A DNA stretch of 63,997 nucleotides, filler included, from Nemertoderma westbladi (lineage: Eukaryota > Animalia > Xenacoelomorpha), in NCBI GenBank assembly GCA_032718475.1. It is 3 parts of 3 records of this genome, joined end to end, with 100 filler letters (N's around TTAATTAATTAA, not from the genome) between each part and the next. Parts side by side here need not be neighbours in the genome. Positions count along the whole stretch, not along the records: positions 1 to 31,725 come from JAUCBJ010005990.1; 2 more parts are not named here. One strand, 5' to 3'. A program made the translations under genes and the position numbers. Numbering within the stretch: the stretch's first letter is position 1; each line of letters starts with the position of its first letter. Shown here piece after piece: positions 1-13,246 of this stretch. The notes under the pieces were generated by a model. The model searched no databases and was not told where the DNA came from. It saw only the letters and a list, made by a program, of their open reading frames with translations.

Positions 1-560
1 CAGTAACTAAACAACAACTGCTGCCCTAGCCTAATAGACTCAGATACCACCAGCCACCAACAGACAAAAGATGAGCGAGTCGGGTGAAGTGACACCCACG
101 CGGACCCCGGACGACGACGATCTAACGATCCGCGAGGCCGCGACCAGGCGATATACGCCCACGACACCGGAGCCATCCGTACCGGGCGAACCGGGGATTC
201 GAGTAGAGGGGGACCGCCTGGAACCAGAGATCGAGCCGGAGGATAGAGAGATCGGGCTCGAGGAAGAGAGAGACGAGTCGACACACAGCGGGGATGTCGA
301 TACCGACGTCGCGGGCCAGCCACAGGCCGAGGGCGACGAACGGCCCACCGAGACGGCGACGGTGGGGCCGACGGTACGACGCCGGACCCGGAGAGACGAC
401 GGGGATGTCGACACCGATGTCGCCGGCCAACCGCAGGCCGAGGGCGACGCACGGCCCACCGGAACGGCGACGGTGGGGCCGCCGGTACGACGTCGAACCC
501 GGAGAGACGGACGAGGGGTCGGCGACGAGGACGTCGGGGTTTCCGAGCGACTACAACGAT
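1..560 (+). mobile_element. 5' internal fragment of a diverged sister copy of the BEL-like LTR element (LTR-end CA, leader, N-terminus of ORF1), truncated by a satellite
   Basis: ORF 71..577 (DDDLTIREAATRRYTPTTP...DVAGQPQAEGDARPTGTATVGPPVRRRTRRD...VGVSERL) aligns with ORF 18168..18527(-). Window start CA|GTAA...CTGCCC mirrors the LTR-leader junction CACA|GTAA...CTGCCC at 18604(-). Confidence 0.8.
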
Positions 561-3487
561 GGACCTACAACCCATAGTACCTACAACCCACAGTACCTAC
601 AACCCATAGTACCTACAACCCATAGTACCTACAACCCACAGTACCTACAAACCACAGTACCTACAACCCATAGGACCTACAACCCACAAGACCTACAACC
701 CACAGTACCTACAACCCACAGTACCTACAACCCATAGTACCTACAACCCACAGTACCTACAACCCATGGACCTACAACCCATAGTACCTACAACCCACAG
801 TACCTACAACCCATAGTACCTACAACCCACAGCACCTACAACCCATAGTACCTACAACCCATAGTACCTACAACCCATAGTACCTACAACCCAGAGTACC
901 TACAACCCACAGTACCTACAACCCATAGTACCTACAACCCACAGTACCTACAACCCATGGACCTACAACCCATAGTACCTACAACCCATAGTACCTACAA
1001 CCCACAGTACCTACAACCCACAGTACCTACAACCCATGGACCTACAACCCATAGTACCTACAACCCACAGTACCTACAACCCATAGTACCTACAACCAAC
1101 AGTACCTACAACCAACAGTACCTACAACCCACAGTACCTACAACCCAAAGTACCTACAACCAACAGTACCTACAACCCACAGTACCTACAACCCACAGTA
1201 CCTACAACCCATAGGACCTACAACCCACAGTACCTACAACCCACAGTACCTACAACCCACAGTACCTACAACCCATAGTACCTACAACCCATAGTACCTA
1301 CAACCCACAGTACCTACAACCCATGGACCTACAACCCATAGGACCTACAACCCACAGTACCTACAACCCACAGTACCTACAACCCATAGTACCTACAACC
1401 CACAGTACCTACAACCCACAGTACCTACAACCCACAGTACCTACAACCCACAGTACCTACAACCCACAGTACCTACAACCCACAGTACCTACAACCCATA
1501 GTACCTACAACCCACAGTACCTACAACCCATAGTACCTACAACCCATGGGACCTACAACCCATAGTACCTACAACCCACAGTACCTACAACCCACAGTAC
1601 CTACAACCCACAGTACCTACAACCCACAGTACCTACAACCCATAGTACCTACAACCCATAGTACCTACAACCCACAGTACCTACAACCCATAGGACCTAC
1701 AACCCACAGTACCTACAACCCACAGTACCTACAACCCACAGTACCTACAACCCACAGTACCTACAACCCACAGTACCTACAACCCACAGTACCTACAACC
1801 CACAGTACCTACAACCCACAGTACCTACAACCCATAGTACCTACAACCCATAGTACCTACAACCCATAGTACCTACAACCCATAGGACCTACAACCCACA
1901 GTACCTACAACCCACAGTACCTACAACCCACAGTACCTACAACCCATAGTACCTACAACCCACAGTACCTACAACCCATGGACCTACAACCCATAGTACC
2001 TACAACCCATAGTACCTACAACCCACAGTACCTACAACCCACAGTACCTACAACCCACAGTACCTACAACCCACAGTACCTACAACCCATAGTACCTACA
2101 ACCCACAGTACCTACAACCCATAGTACCTACAACCCATAGTACCTACAACCAACAGTACCTACAACCCACAGTACCTACAACCAACAGTACCTACAACCC
2201 ATAGTACCTACAACCCATAGTACCTACAACCCACAGTACCTACAACCCACAGTACCTACAACCTAAAGTACCTACAACCCATAGTACCTACAACCCACAG
2301 TACCTACAACCCACAGTACCTACAACCAACAGTACCTACAACCCACAGTACCTACAACCCATAGTACCTACAACCCATAGTACCTACAACCCACAGTACC
2401 TACAACCCATGGACCTACAACCCATAGTACCTACAACCCACAGTACCTACAACCCATAGTACCTACAACCCACAGTACCTACAACCCACAGTACCTACAA
2501 CCCACAGTACCTACAACCCACAGTACCTACAACCCATAGTACCTACAACCAACAGTACCTACAACCCACAGTACCTACAACCCACAGTACCTACAACCCA
2601 CAGCACCTACAACCCATAGGACCTACAACCCATAGTACCTACAACCCATAGGACCTACAACCCACAGTACCTACAACCCACAGTACCTACAACCAACAGT
2701 ACCTACAACCCACAGTACCTACAACCCACAGTACCTACAACCCACAGTACCTACAACCCACAGTACCTACAACCCATAGTACCTACAACCCACAGTACCT
2801 ACAACCCACAGTACCTACAACCAACAGTACCTACAACCCACAGCACCTACAACCCATAGTACACAACCCATAGTACCTACAACCCACAGTACCTACAACC
2901 CACAGTACCTACAACCCATAGTACCTACAACCCACAGTACCTACAACCCACAGTACCTACAACCAACAGTACCTACAACCCACAGCACCTACAACCCATA
3001 GTACACAACCCATAGTACACAACCCATAGTACCTACAACCCATAGTACCTACAACCCACAGTACCTACAACCCACAGTACCTACAACCCACAGTACCTAC
3101 AACCCACAGTACCTACAACCCACAGTACCTACAACCAACAGTACCTACAACCCATAGGACCTACAACCCATAGGACCTACAACCCACAGTACCTACAACC
3201 CATAGGACCTACAACCCACAGTACCTACAACCCATAGTACCTACAACCCACAGTACCTACAACCCATAGTACCTACAACCCACAGTACCTACAACCCACA
3301 GTACCTACAACCCACAGTACCTACAACCCACAGTACCTACAACCAACAGTACCTACAACCCATAGGACCTACAACCCATAGGACCTACAACCCACAGTAC
3401 CTACAACACATAGGACCTACAACCCATAGGACCTACAACCCACAGTACCTACAACAGATAGGACCTACAACCCACAGTACCTACAAA
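560..3487. repeat. 16-bp minisatellite (GTACCTACAACCCAYA)n, about 180 copies
   Basis: Directly visible tandem array with minor variants (GGACC, CCAACA, GCACC). Confidence 0.98.
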
Positions 3488-3768
3488 TGGAATTAGGAAG
3501 CCAGGCCGTGCTGTAATACCGGTACTGTTGGCCAGCTGAGACAGTGATGTCAGTTGATCGCACTGATGATGGTTATGTGATATATAACAGAAACGTCTGC
3601 TAAATATAATGATATTCAGGACGTTCCTGCTCAATCATTCCGGTGTTGGTTTTTCTTTTTAATAGCAATATTTCAAGTGCCTACCCCTAATGCAATCGCC
3701 TTGATTTCTGCCATATATTTATAACATTAAAAGCACGTTTCCGCGCTGCTTTTTTATGTGAGGTATTC

Positions 3769-3880
3769 TGAGCTTTTTTTGAGCTGTATTTCTAGCTTTT
3801 TTTCAAGCTTTTTTGAGCTTTTTTTCAAGCTTTTTTTGAGCTTTCTTTCAAGCTTTTTTTTGAGCTTTTTTCAAGCTTTG
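3769..3880. repeat. Degenerate GAGCTTTTTTTCAAGCT tandem repeat; a related copy lies at about 19465-19518
   Basis: Visible repeated motif at both loci. Confidence 0.7.
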
Positions 3881-5554
3881 TAAAGATAAGAACCGAATCC
3901 ACAAATGTTCTCACTTTGGATCTCGAGAGTCTAGAAATTTTTCGCTGGATACGCTAATATCCATGGGTTCGAATGTCTAATAGGTCAAGCCGTTCTAAAT
4001 GCGGTTTCATCTACCGGTCTAATTTTACTCAGGGGTCTTCCCACTAAGGTCCACCAACCACTGCTAAACCCCCGCGAACAGTGGAAGAATTGAATATTCT
4101 TCCTATTCTCGGGCGTACAGCTGTTGCTAACTGTGGCAAATGTGTAACCTCACCAGGGCTACTCTCTCCAGTAGGGGAAAATCAATTTTATTACTCAAGT
4201 AGTGAAGCCTTATCAACCGACAGACAATCTGTAGTTCAGGTTGCGCAATGGGGCGCGGGCTAATTTAATCTTATAATTTGATCCGAAAATATCTAATTAA
4301 TTCTGAATGTGCTAAACCTGGGTCAAACAGCTGTCAATAGGACCGGGTTACCGAATGTTTCGAGTGCCAACGTATGTCTATATACTGTTCAATCTGCTCA
4401 ATAAACCTGATCAAAATAACTGAATGAATAACATGACAGGTTTTATTTCAATCACTTAACTTATGTACTAAAATAAAATAAATGAGAGAAATTAGTCCCC
4501 AATGAAACCTAATCCGGCATACAAATGCAATGAGCACTACTAATTTATTTTGACTCGGCTAAGCTGGTGCACACAAAGCGTCTATTATACCTAACCTTTA
4601 CATAGATGCTCCGCAAATACCTAAGTATTCCACTCCAAATTTAAATAATATTAAAGGCACGCTATATTGCGTTTCTAATTTGAATAATTACGCCTAATAT
4701 CGCTACCCTTTTTTATACTAAATTTTCGCTGAAACGAAATTTATTTGGTCGGATTTTTGCTGAGATACGAAAGGTTTTTCAGGCCTGTCAATGGTTTAAA
4801 AACTTTCAGCAAACCCCAGGTGCGAAGCAGAACCCCCACGGCATCCGTCCCACCATAGAGTGATCCCAAAACATGCCCGGTTCTTCCCTTTTTATAAATA
4901 GAAACCCCGTAGTTTGTCATCTCGTCCACCTGCTCCAAAACGCGCTCCTGGTAGGCACCTCCCTAAGCCACCTAATCCAACGTGCAGAGTGTCATTCTAC
5001 CAGTAAGCCGGTGTAGAGTACTGCAAAGGCATAGGCAGTAAGCGAAAAACAATCGCATTGGCAGACAGCTTATCTGTAATAATTCAATCAGTTATTCACG
5101 ATAAAAATTGCAGAATAACAATATTATTGAATCTGCACACAACAGCTAAATCAAACTAGCAGCTAACACTAACTGAAACTAGTAAGAAAGATAATAACGA
5201 AAGAATATAGTGAGTGAGTCACCCACAGTCATGCACAAAAGTTCTACCATTAAGTCAACCGGGATGGATATGCCAATGAGTGAGCAGGATCGTAACCCTC
5301 TCCCTCCTATTAAGGATTATTACCATATATGGCCATGAAAGTGCTTTCTAGTAGACCTGTACGTGTACACGAGCTATTACTTAATAGTGAATTCTTACAA
5401 AGGGATTACTGTGGCTGTACAATATTTTACTATCAAAATTCGATTGCATTGGTATTACTATTAAATATACACTGTAACTAATGATGTGTTAACTATGAAT
5501 TCAACTGTTACGCCCACTACTAGGATCGGCATGCTGCATTGCAGCTGCATTTTT

Positions 5555-7249
5555 AAGAATGCTGTGCTGGCTTGTCAACAAAATTGCACCACCACAACTC
5601 CCTATCACCCATGACATTTGCTAGATCATCCGCATCTTCAAGGCCAGTGTCCTTTAAAATGCGTCTCAAGAATGTCATGGGCTCTCATGCTGGTTCTCAT
5701 GGCGAAAGCAATGTCCTGCAAAGCGGAGGCGATTTTGTTCTAGTGTCAAGCTTGGGGGAACCAATGAGACACCTCCAATGTTATATAGTGTCTGGTTGGA
5801 GATGTGTGCATTGTACTTGACACAATGAACCCGGCGTAGCATTCTTGTGAATGTGCCATCCAGAGATTTGGTGTCCTCAGCAGTTAGAGCCCAGCATGGT
5901 CATGGACTCCCGTAGAGAAGTACTGGAACTACTGCTGCTCTAAATAATCGGACCTTAAGTTTCCGATTAATTCTCGGTGACTTCCAAATCCTGGAAAGCC
6001 TATTCAAGGCTGCCCATGCCTTTTCCTTACGTATTCGAAGGTCCTCACCTGACTTCCGGATCCATGATCCCAGGTAACAGAAGTCGTCCACATGCTCAAG
6101 CATACCATCCCTTGAGCTTATGCTCATCTGATCAGAGACTTGCTGAGGACTTTCAAAGTTAACTGTCAAAATTTTGGTCTTTCTGGAGTTAATAAAACGA
6201 CTAACACTAGAAGCAGCATGTTCTAATGAGCTGAGGAGCCGTTGGGCTCCCTCTAATGATTCTGAGAGTACTCCTAAGTCATCAGCAAAGTCTAGATCAG
6301 TTAGGTACTTGGCAGGATTTCCTCGACTTCTGGAGCCAGTAGGTGGAGTTATCATCACCCCATCATCATTATGATGATCTAAGGACATGCGTAGAACATA
6401 GTCAACCACAATAATGAACAAGAATGGTGCAAGTGTGTGTCCTTGGAGGACGCCCCATAACACTTCAAATGGTTCTGTGTCACCATCAACAGTAGACACA
6501 AATGTTGTCGAACCATCGTATACTGATCTGATTGCTGCAATAATTTCATCAGGAATCCCATATAATGAAAGTATGCTGAACATACGTGAGCGAGAGACTG
6601 AATCAAAGGCCTTGAAGAAGTCAACAAAGATAACAGGCAGATGCCTGTCTTTCTTTTTTGATAATTCTTCAATTATCCTTCTAAGTGCCAAAATGGGCTC
6701 CATGGTCCCACGACCTTTACGGAACCCATTCTGATTTCCACAGAGCAGTCTCTCAATGGGATCCCTGATGCGATTTAATAGAATCCTATTGTATAGCTTT
6801 GCAGCAATCGAGATCAATGAGATTCCCCGAAAAGAACCATAGAGTGTTAGGTTGCCCTTCTTGGGAACTGGCACCAACTTATTTGTTTTCATTTCTTGTG
6901 GGACTCTTGTTGTTCGGTACATGTCTACTATGATGGGATAGATGAGCTTTAAACACTCAGGTATTTTAAAGACCTCAGGGGGAACACCATCTACTCCACT
7001 GGCACGATTGGTATTAATGCTCTTTGCAGCAGCCTTCACTTCTGCAAAGGAGATATCAGCAATGGGAATATCTGGGAGTACAGACTCAGACACTTTTACT
7101 TCTATAAAGTTATCAGGCAATACCCTGTCATTATTTAGGAGCTTTTCAAAGTGGGCTTTCCAACCATTGAGGCGATCGGCTGGTGATTCAGCCTTAACCT
7201 TGGTGGTTGGTTGGCTGTAAATAGCCCAAGTAAATTTAAATGCACCCAA
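5555..7249 (-). mobile_element. 5'-truncated RTE-clade LINE (family A); RT ORF 5900..7249 with a frameshifted C-terminus
   Basis: RT motifs FRGISLISIAAKLYNRILLNRI, QNGFRKGR, FVDFFKAFDS, GVLQGHTLAPFLF, DLDFADD, FCYLGS. C-terminal RLRFAGHC and ILKDTGLEDADDLANVMGDRELW lie in shifted frames down to about 5555. Confidence 0.9.
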
Positions 7250-7561
7250 ATGTTCCTCTATCCCTAATATGACTTAAAATGAGCGCGAATCCTTATCCTC
7301 TTCCCAATTTCCAATAATAACTATTAAGATTTTTTTACGTAGATCTAAATACATACTGTAATACTGTATTACTTCGATTTTCTTCCGAATAGCACTAATA
7401 TAATTTATCTAAGAAAATCTTAAAAAATTCGGCTCTATTTCTTACTTACTAAATATTCGGACGATTGCCTACCAAATACCAAACGATTGCCTAGGTTTTT
7501 TAACAGGCTTGTTATGCCTTTTCTAACGTTCAATTAAAATTAAGATAATACGAATGTTCTA

Positions 7562-9418
7562 CTACTACTACTAGGTCGAGCGAACTCGGACAGTGGAAAT
7601 GAGATCCTTCCAGGCTTCCCGATTCTCCATAGTTGTCGCAATTTCGTTTCTCCCAAGTTCAGTATCCCTTTCAAGTTGATCTATATATGTTATGGCGGTC
7701 GTCCATGACTACGCTTTCCATGAGTTGGTTGCCAGAGAAGTAGATCTGGTATGACCTCGTCTTTACTTCGCCAGCAGTGCCCACTGAATCTTAATATGCG
7801 TTCACGGAGGGTGGTTGATACAGGTAGTATTGTACCATAAAGCTCGGCGTTTGTCATGTGTTGTCTCCAGCTGATGTTTAGGGCTGCCCTTAGTAGTCTT
7901 GTGTAGCAACCATTAATTCGTTCGTTGTTCAAGTGATTTAGTCAGTGTCCAGGTCTCACCCCCTTATAAAAATACACTTTCCACTGTGGCTCGAAAGAAC
8001 TTAGTCTTCAGGTGCCTGGAGAGATCTGATTTCCAGATGGTATCCATTTTTGATAGAGCTACCCAAGCCTTTGCTTTCCTAACTTCTATGTCCTTTTTGC
8101 TACTCTCTATCCATGATCCAAGGTACTGGAAGTCATCGACCTTCCTTAGTTGATTATTATCAATGGTTGTCAAGTTCCCATCAACATTAAAGGTCATGAA
8201 TTCGGTCTTTGTAGCATTTATATGCAATCCAACCTCCTTAGCAGCCCTCTCCACTTTATTTAGTAGAAGCTGTGCATCTGCTAGCGTATTAGAGAGCAGG
8301 GCGATGTCATCCGCAAAGTCGGTGTCTGTGACTGTAGTTGCCGGATATCTACTACTTCTGCGTTCTTGAAGTGTGAATCCCAGATCTTCACCCTTTGTGG
8401 CCGTCCTCATTGCGTAATCCAGCACAATTACAAATAGTATTGGTGCTAATGTGTCACCTTGCAGTACGCCAGCCAGGATTGAGAAAAACTCAGTTTCACC
8501 ATCTGGTGAGAGTACCTGCGCTTCTGCGCTTCTTGAAGTCCACAAAAGTCATGACTGCGGGGAGATTCTTTGACTTAATTCCTTCAATCAGTCTCCGTAG
8601 TGCAAGTATCTGAGCTATTGTTGATCTACTTGGTCGAAATCCGTTTTGGCTCTTACGCAGTAGTTTCTCTATGTGAGGCCTAATCCTATATAGAATCATT
8701 TTATTGTATATTTTGGCAGCTACCACAAGCAGACAGATCCCACGATAGTTTGTTGGTATGCCGAGGTCTCCTTTCTTGGGGAGAGGCTTTAGTTGACCTT
8801 TAGTCCAAATTTGTGGTGGCTTTTCCCCTTTTAACATCTGGTTGCAAACATTCAATAATGGTCTGTTTAGCACTCCGGTTTTCCATACCTCCGCTGGGAT
8901 TTCATCTAATCCACTCGCTTTATTATTGGACATGCTTTTAATGCTTCTTTGGAGTTTGGCAGGTGTGAAGTCCCCTGTTTCTATAGGTAGTGTCTTGTCA
9001 TATATTTTCCTTATAGGGCTGACCTCGATGTTTGGTGGCTGCCCAAGCAAGTTGCTGAAGTGATTTTTCCACTTCCCAACACGTTCTTCAGGACTATCAG
9101 CTTTGAGGCGCCCCTTTGCACAACTTTTCCGACCAGATACCTCATTTACAGTTTGCCAGGTAAGTCTTGATTGTTGCTTTATGTGAGCAGTTGTAATTGC
9201 TTCAGTTTTATCCTGTATGTACTTTTCCTGGCTGATGTTGTAGGCCAATTTAAGATCGTCCTTAGCTTTCTCAACCTTGTTAATGTTTTCAATTGTTGGT
9301 TGTTTGGTTTTAACTTTGTAGGCTATCTTAAGATCTTCTCTCTTACAAGTAACCTCAGAGTTTTGCCATGGCACATACTGTTTTCGTTTGGGTTTCTGGG
9401 GGATATGCCTCTTAGCAT
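7562..9418 (-). mobile_element. 5'-truncated RTE-clade LINE (family B) with an internal deletion; RT pseudogene
   Basis: ORFs 8496..9374, 7964..8545 and 7690..7932 carry RT motifs (NYRGICLL, QNGFR, FVDFKK, GVLQGDTLAP, DFADD). (TAG)n 3' tail and 13-bp TSD TACGAATGTTCTA at 7549-7561 and 9419-9431. Confidence 0.93.
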
Positions 9419-9460
9419 TACGAATGTTCTAGAAGTAGATAATAATAATAATAATAATCA

Positions 9461-10038
9461 TGTGACGGGATCCACCGAGGATCCCGGTTTATCCGGTTAT
9501 CTGATTTACGCGTTCCCCTCTGTGTGTGTATGAAAAGAGTTCTGGGTTGTTGAGAGTTATTCTGACTTTGTTGTAAACGATATGTATAAAATGTAGAATA
9601 TAAGATAAAGTATAAGCACAATTGAAAATAAGTGAATGTACCAGTAAAAGCTGAATTATGGACGATGGCAGTGAACGGTAATAAGAGTTCCCATTCTGCC
9701 CTAACTAAAACTGACTAACCAAGTGAATGAATTGGCACAACAAATGGTAATATATGTTGCACTGGTTGGCCGCATTACATTACTCAGTGGATGCCTTCCC
9801 CCCATTGGCTAATAACTCACTTCTCGCCCTCCCATCTCTCTGGGAGTGCTTCCCCCCGCTACTGTCACTCTCTCCCTCCCGGAGGTGTAACCTCTGACCC
9901 CCGCTGTGTGTGTTCCTTTGGGGTTTATCGCCCCTTTTTATTGGGGTGACACGAGGTTGATTGGTAATCAACCTCGTGCTCCCAATATTGCTTAAAGCCA
10001 ACTTTGTGGGGTGGCTAGCGGAATTTAATATGCTAACA
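9461..10038 (-). repeat. 3' LTR (578 bp)
   Basis: Direct repeat of 18605-19183 with about 18 substitutions and 1 indel by manual count. TGT...ACA ends. Confidence 0.96.
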
Positions 10039-10048
10039 CTCCCCTCCA
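10039..10048 (-). promoter_or_regulatory. Polypurine tract (TGGAGGGGAG) abutting the 3' LTR
   Basis: Purine run on the minus strand immediately before the TGT of the LTR. Confidence 0.75.
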
Positions 10049-10781
10049 TGCTATCTTCCCGGTGAGAAGATAGCATCCACCTCTAGTGCGCTACAATTCC
10101 GCTGGATCCCGATCTACTATCGGGTGTGGGGTGGAATTATTTTCTCCGGAGCCGGCTTTCCAGGGCGCTCCCTATGGGTATGATATCGCTACCCTGTTTA
10201 CCTGGTGTCCCGTGTCGGGCCGATCGTGCACTCTTCTCACACAATTTTTGTTTCCCCAACACTTTCGCCACTCTAACTCCACTCTACTCTCACCCTGACT
10301 CTCCTCTACTTCTCCTCACTCTTGCTCTAACCTTCGGACCCCCTTGTCCCTCACTCTGCCTCTTACTCCTCCCCCCCACACTTGAATTGCACCCGCACTC
10401 TCTTCGCGTTATCACTCGACCCCTATCTCAACCATTCACTCCTGGCGAGCCTCACCCCCCTCGTGTGCCGTCGCACTCAAGAAGTGTGAAGTCGTCCAGC
10501 GTCCCGTTCATCATAGTCAATCGTCCCCCAGTCCCAGTAGCTAATTGGAAAAAGGTTGTATGACTATAGTACTTACTTTGATTATATTTTGCTAAACTGA
10601 TGATTATTACGTACGTACCTACTAATTGCACTTTTCAATTATTTAAATTACTTGAATTTGTAGTTAGGAGTTCGCACGTCTCACGTGGTGCCTTCCAGGC
10701 ATGCCACATTGAAGTCTACTTCTTTCCATCTGACTTTGGGAACCATCTCAACTCTTTCCCTCTGTCGTTCTCCTCCCTTGG

Positions 10782-12120
10782 TTATTTCCTGGCCGCTGCC
10801 GCTCCTTTGGTCTTGTCTCCCTTCAGGCTCCTAACCCTCGCCGTTACCTCTCTACTAATCCCGGTCGTCGACTCCTTGGGCGCTGGTGTTATTAACTCCT
10901 GGTATCGCTTCGTGGGTGGCCCCTCCGAGTGGCCCTGTTGTCTCCCCCTGGTGGCGTCCCATAGGATCAATTTCATCGCCCGCGGCACATGCTCCGCCAA
11001 GAAATCTCTGAACTCCCCTCTGTTCTGTGGCGTCCACCTGTCCAAATACCTCTGCGTATTTATCACCCCGGCATACGACACCGCCGTCGCTACTTCCTGG
11101 TAGGTAAACGGAAGTCTCCGTTTGATAATCTCCATGTGGGCCTCCTGATTGATATTAAAGAAGCCCCACCGGAACTCCTGGGCCTTCATACGTTGCCGAG
11201 TCATGGCCCTGACGTCGGCCCACTCCTCGAAGATCCTAAACTTCTCTTCGTCGTCCATCCAGTCGCACTGGCGTCCGTAGTGTCCCCGGAAGTTGCACTT
11301 AGAACACCGGTTGTGCAACCGTGGACACGCCCCCATCCTGTGGCTCGACTCGTGGCATTAGAGACAACTAGTCCCTTTCTGGAACCGGTACAAACAGCTC
11401 CTTTCCTGGTGGGTCTGTCTCCCACAGTAATCACAGCCGAGCACCAATGTCTCCCGCCCCACGTTGTCTTTCGTCCCAAGCGATCTCCGCGGTCTGTGGA
11501 GTCGCTGGTAAGCGAACTTCCGGATGTTAGCGTCCCTGTCCACGTCGATCTCTTCGCCCCTCCCGGGCATCGTCTCCCCGAATACTACCCGTGGTGCCGT
11601 ACCCAGTTGCTCGCCCAACCTGATGGTGCTCCCCGCGAAATCCATCGCCGGCTCCTCATGCACCCAGGCCCGCTTGCCGGGTCTATCCCAGAAGGCTCTC
11701 GCCCTACTGGCCGTCACCACCCTCCCGCCAACCCAGTCCGTGTCCGAGTGGCCGATCCTCCCGATGGGCGGCATCTCTCCGCTTTCGTCGTCATCCTCGT
11801 CCTCCTCTGGGAGTGGCTCCAACCCCGGTATCCCAGTGGACCCACTGTGTCCCTTCCCGCCTTGGCTCTCGCCCGTGACTTTCCATCCTTCCAGCTCCCC
11901 TAGCCTCCTTAGCGGGTGATCGCCCTCGGCGCCCGCTGGTATGGGCGTCGTCTGCAATCCCGATGTCGACTGTTTCGGCTAGAGACTCCCCCGAACTCCC
12001 TGATGACATCCAACGAAGTTCGTCTAAGGCCGCGTGTTCCTCGAAGCCGTAGCTCTGTGCCGTAGCTTCCTCCTCCCTTTCTTCTGCTTCTCTCCTATCC
12101 TGTCTAGCGATTTCTTCCAA
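10782..12120 (-). pseudogene. Coiled-coil/acidic segment followed by three CCHC zinc knuckles (C-terminal part of LTR element ORF2)
   Basis: ORFs 11358..11957 and 10782..11336 are in frame across one TAA, giving CDYCGRQTHQERSC, CL*CHESSHRMGAC and CSKCNFRGHYGRQC. The upstream part 11791..12120 is joined by a frameshift. Confidence 0.8.
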
Positions 12121-12238
12121 TCGCTTCGCTTCTCGTCTATCCGCCTCTAGCTGCTCCCATCTCTGACTCGCCCTTCAGCCCCGGGTGGTCTACCAGACCC
12201 TCGAAAGCCATCTTGAAGGCTCTTCTGTAGCTTAGGGG

Positions 12239-13246
12239 TCATCCCGATAATAGGAATGCCGTTGGTTCTTCCTCAATAATTACGATCATGAATAGGTTAA
12301 GCAAACCCATCATTATCCAGTCCTCTTGCAGGATATATCGTTTCTGATATACCTTTATCGCTCCTCTTCGGAATTGATACACCTCTTGTTTTCCTAGTCT
12401 CGCTCCCCACGTCAGCGAGTTTGCCAAGTCCGCTCCATACTCCTCTCTGAACTTACTCCAGTCCATTGGTTTGTGACACACGAGCCCCATTACCTGGCCC
12501 ATCGCCACCGCCGCACAATGGCCTGAGTTCTCCACTAGTCCCAACCCGTCTGGTGCTGTCATAGCCATGAAGACCGTCTGCATGTCCAGGAGGCTGGGGG
12601 TGTCCGGACCGATGATTCTCTCCGCATCGTCGCGAATCGCCGATCCCACTTTCGTCGTCGACTTCTCTCTCACTAGGGTTTGTACCGCCTTCGGCAACCG
12701 GTTCAACTTCGGCCCGTCCTTCTTCCCATACGTCCCTAGATCGAATAGGAATATATCCCCATTTGGCGCGGCCAAATGTATGAGTATGGTTCTGGCCGAC
12801 CCTGCCGATCCTCTCCTCGAACCCTTCTCGTCTTCCACGGTCCCCTCATCGTCTAGGACCATGTATCCTCCTCCGTTGACGGACTCTACGAACCTCTTCC
12901 AATCCTTTCTCGGTGGCTCTCTTGCGTACTTCGGAATCCCGAACTTCGCTTCGTCTCCTTTCACCACGTAGTGGAAATGCTCGAAGATCGCATTGTCCAG
13001 CGACGGTGTCCCGTAGGTCCCGACCAGCCGCTGTTCGTGCACCTCCCTGAAATGGTCCTGTAGCGCTCGCGCCTTGTGACCTCTCTCTAACCGCTCGTAG
13101 TATCCCCTCGTCTTCTCTTCCGGATGCCTCTCAGTGAAATCCACCAATATCTCCTTTCTTCCTAACTCTGCCTTTCTCTTTCTGATCAGTTTCCCCGCCA
13201 TTTCGAATTCTCTCACTCGCTCACCTGTAAGGTGGTGCCTTACCAA
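12239..13246 (-). CDS. DnaQ-like DEDDy 3'-5' exonuclease domain protein (WRN-exo/RNase D/EXD-like) inside the LTR element
   Basis: ExoI-like YMVLDDEG, IHLAAPNGDIFLFDL, ExoII-like LPKAVQTLVREKSTTKVGSAIRDDAERI, LLDMQTVF and ExoIII-like QKRYILQED, in canonical order. Confidence 0.75.
   Translation of the reverse strand: MVRHHLTGERVREFEMAGKLIRKRKAELGRKEILVDFTERHPEEKTRGYYERLERGHKARALQDHFREVHEQRLVGTYGTPSLDNAIFEHFHYVVKGDEAKFGIPKYAREPPRKDWKRFVESVNGGGYMVLDDEGTVEDEKGSRRGSAGSARTILIHLAAPNGDIFLFDLGTYGKKDGPKLNRLPKAVQTLVREKSTTKVGSAIRDDAERIIGPDTPSLLDMQTVFMAMTAPDGLGLVENSGHCAAVAMGQVMGLVCHKPMDWSKFREEYGADLANSLTWGARLGKQEVYQFRRGAIKVYQKRYILQEDWIMMGLLNLFMIVIIEEEPTAFLLSG

Noticed and set aside
294-1869. ORFs with PTTHSTYNPQYLQ repeats
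   Set aside because: Translation of the 16-bp satellite; open frames arise by chance and occur in several frames.
3890-4980. Possible decayed retroelement or gene on the minus strand
   Set aside because: Only short open stretches and no identifiable motif.
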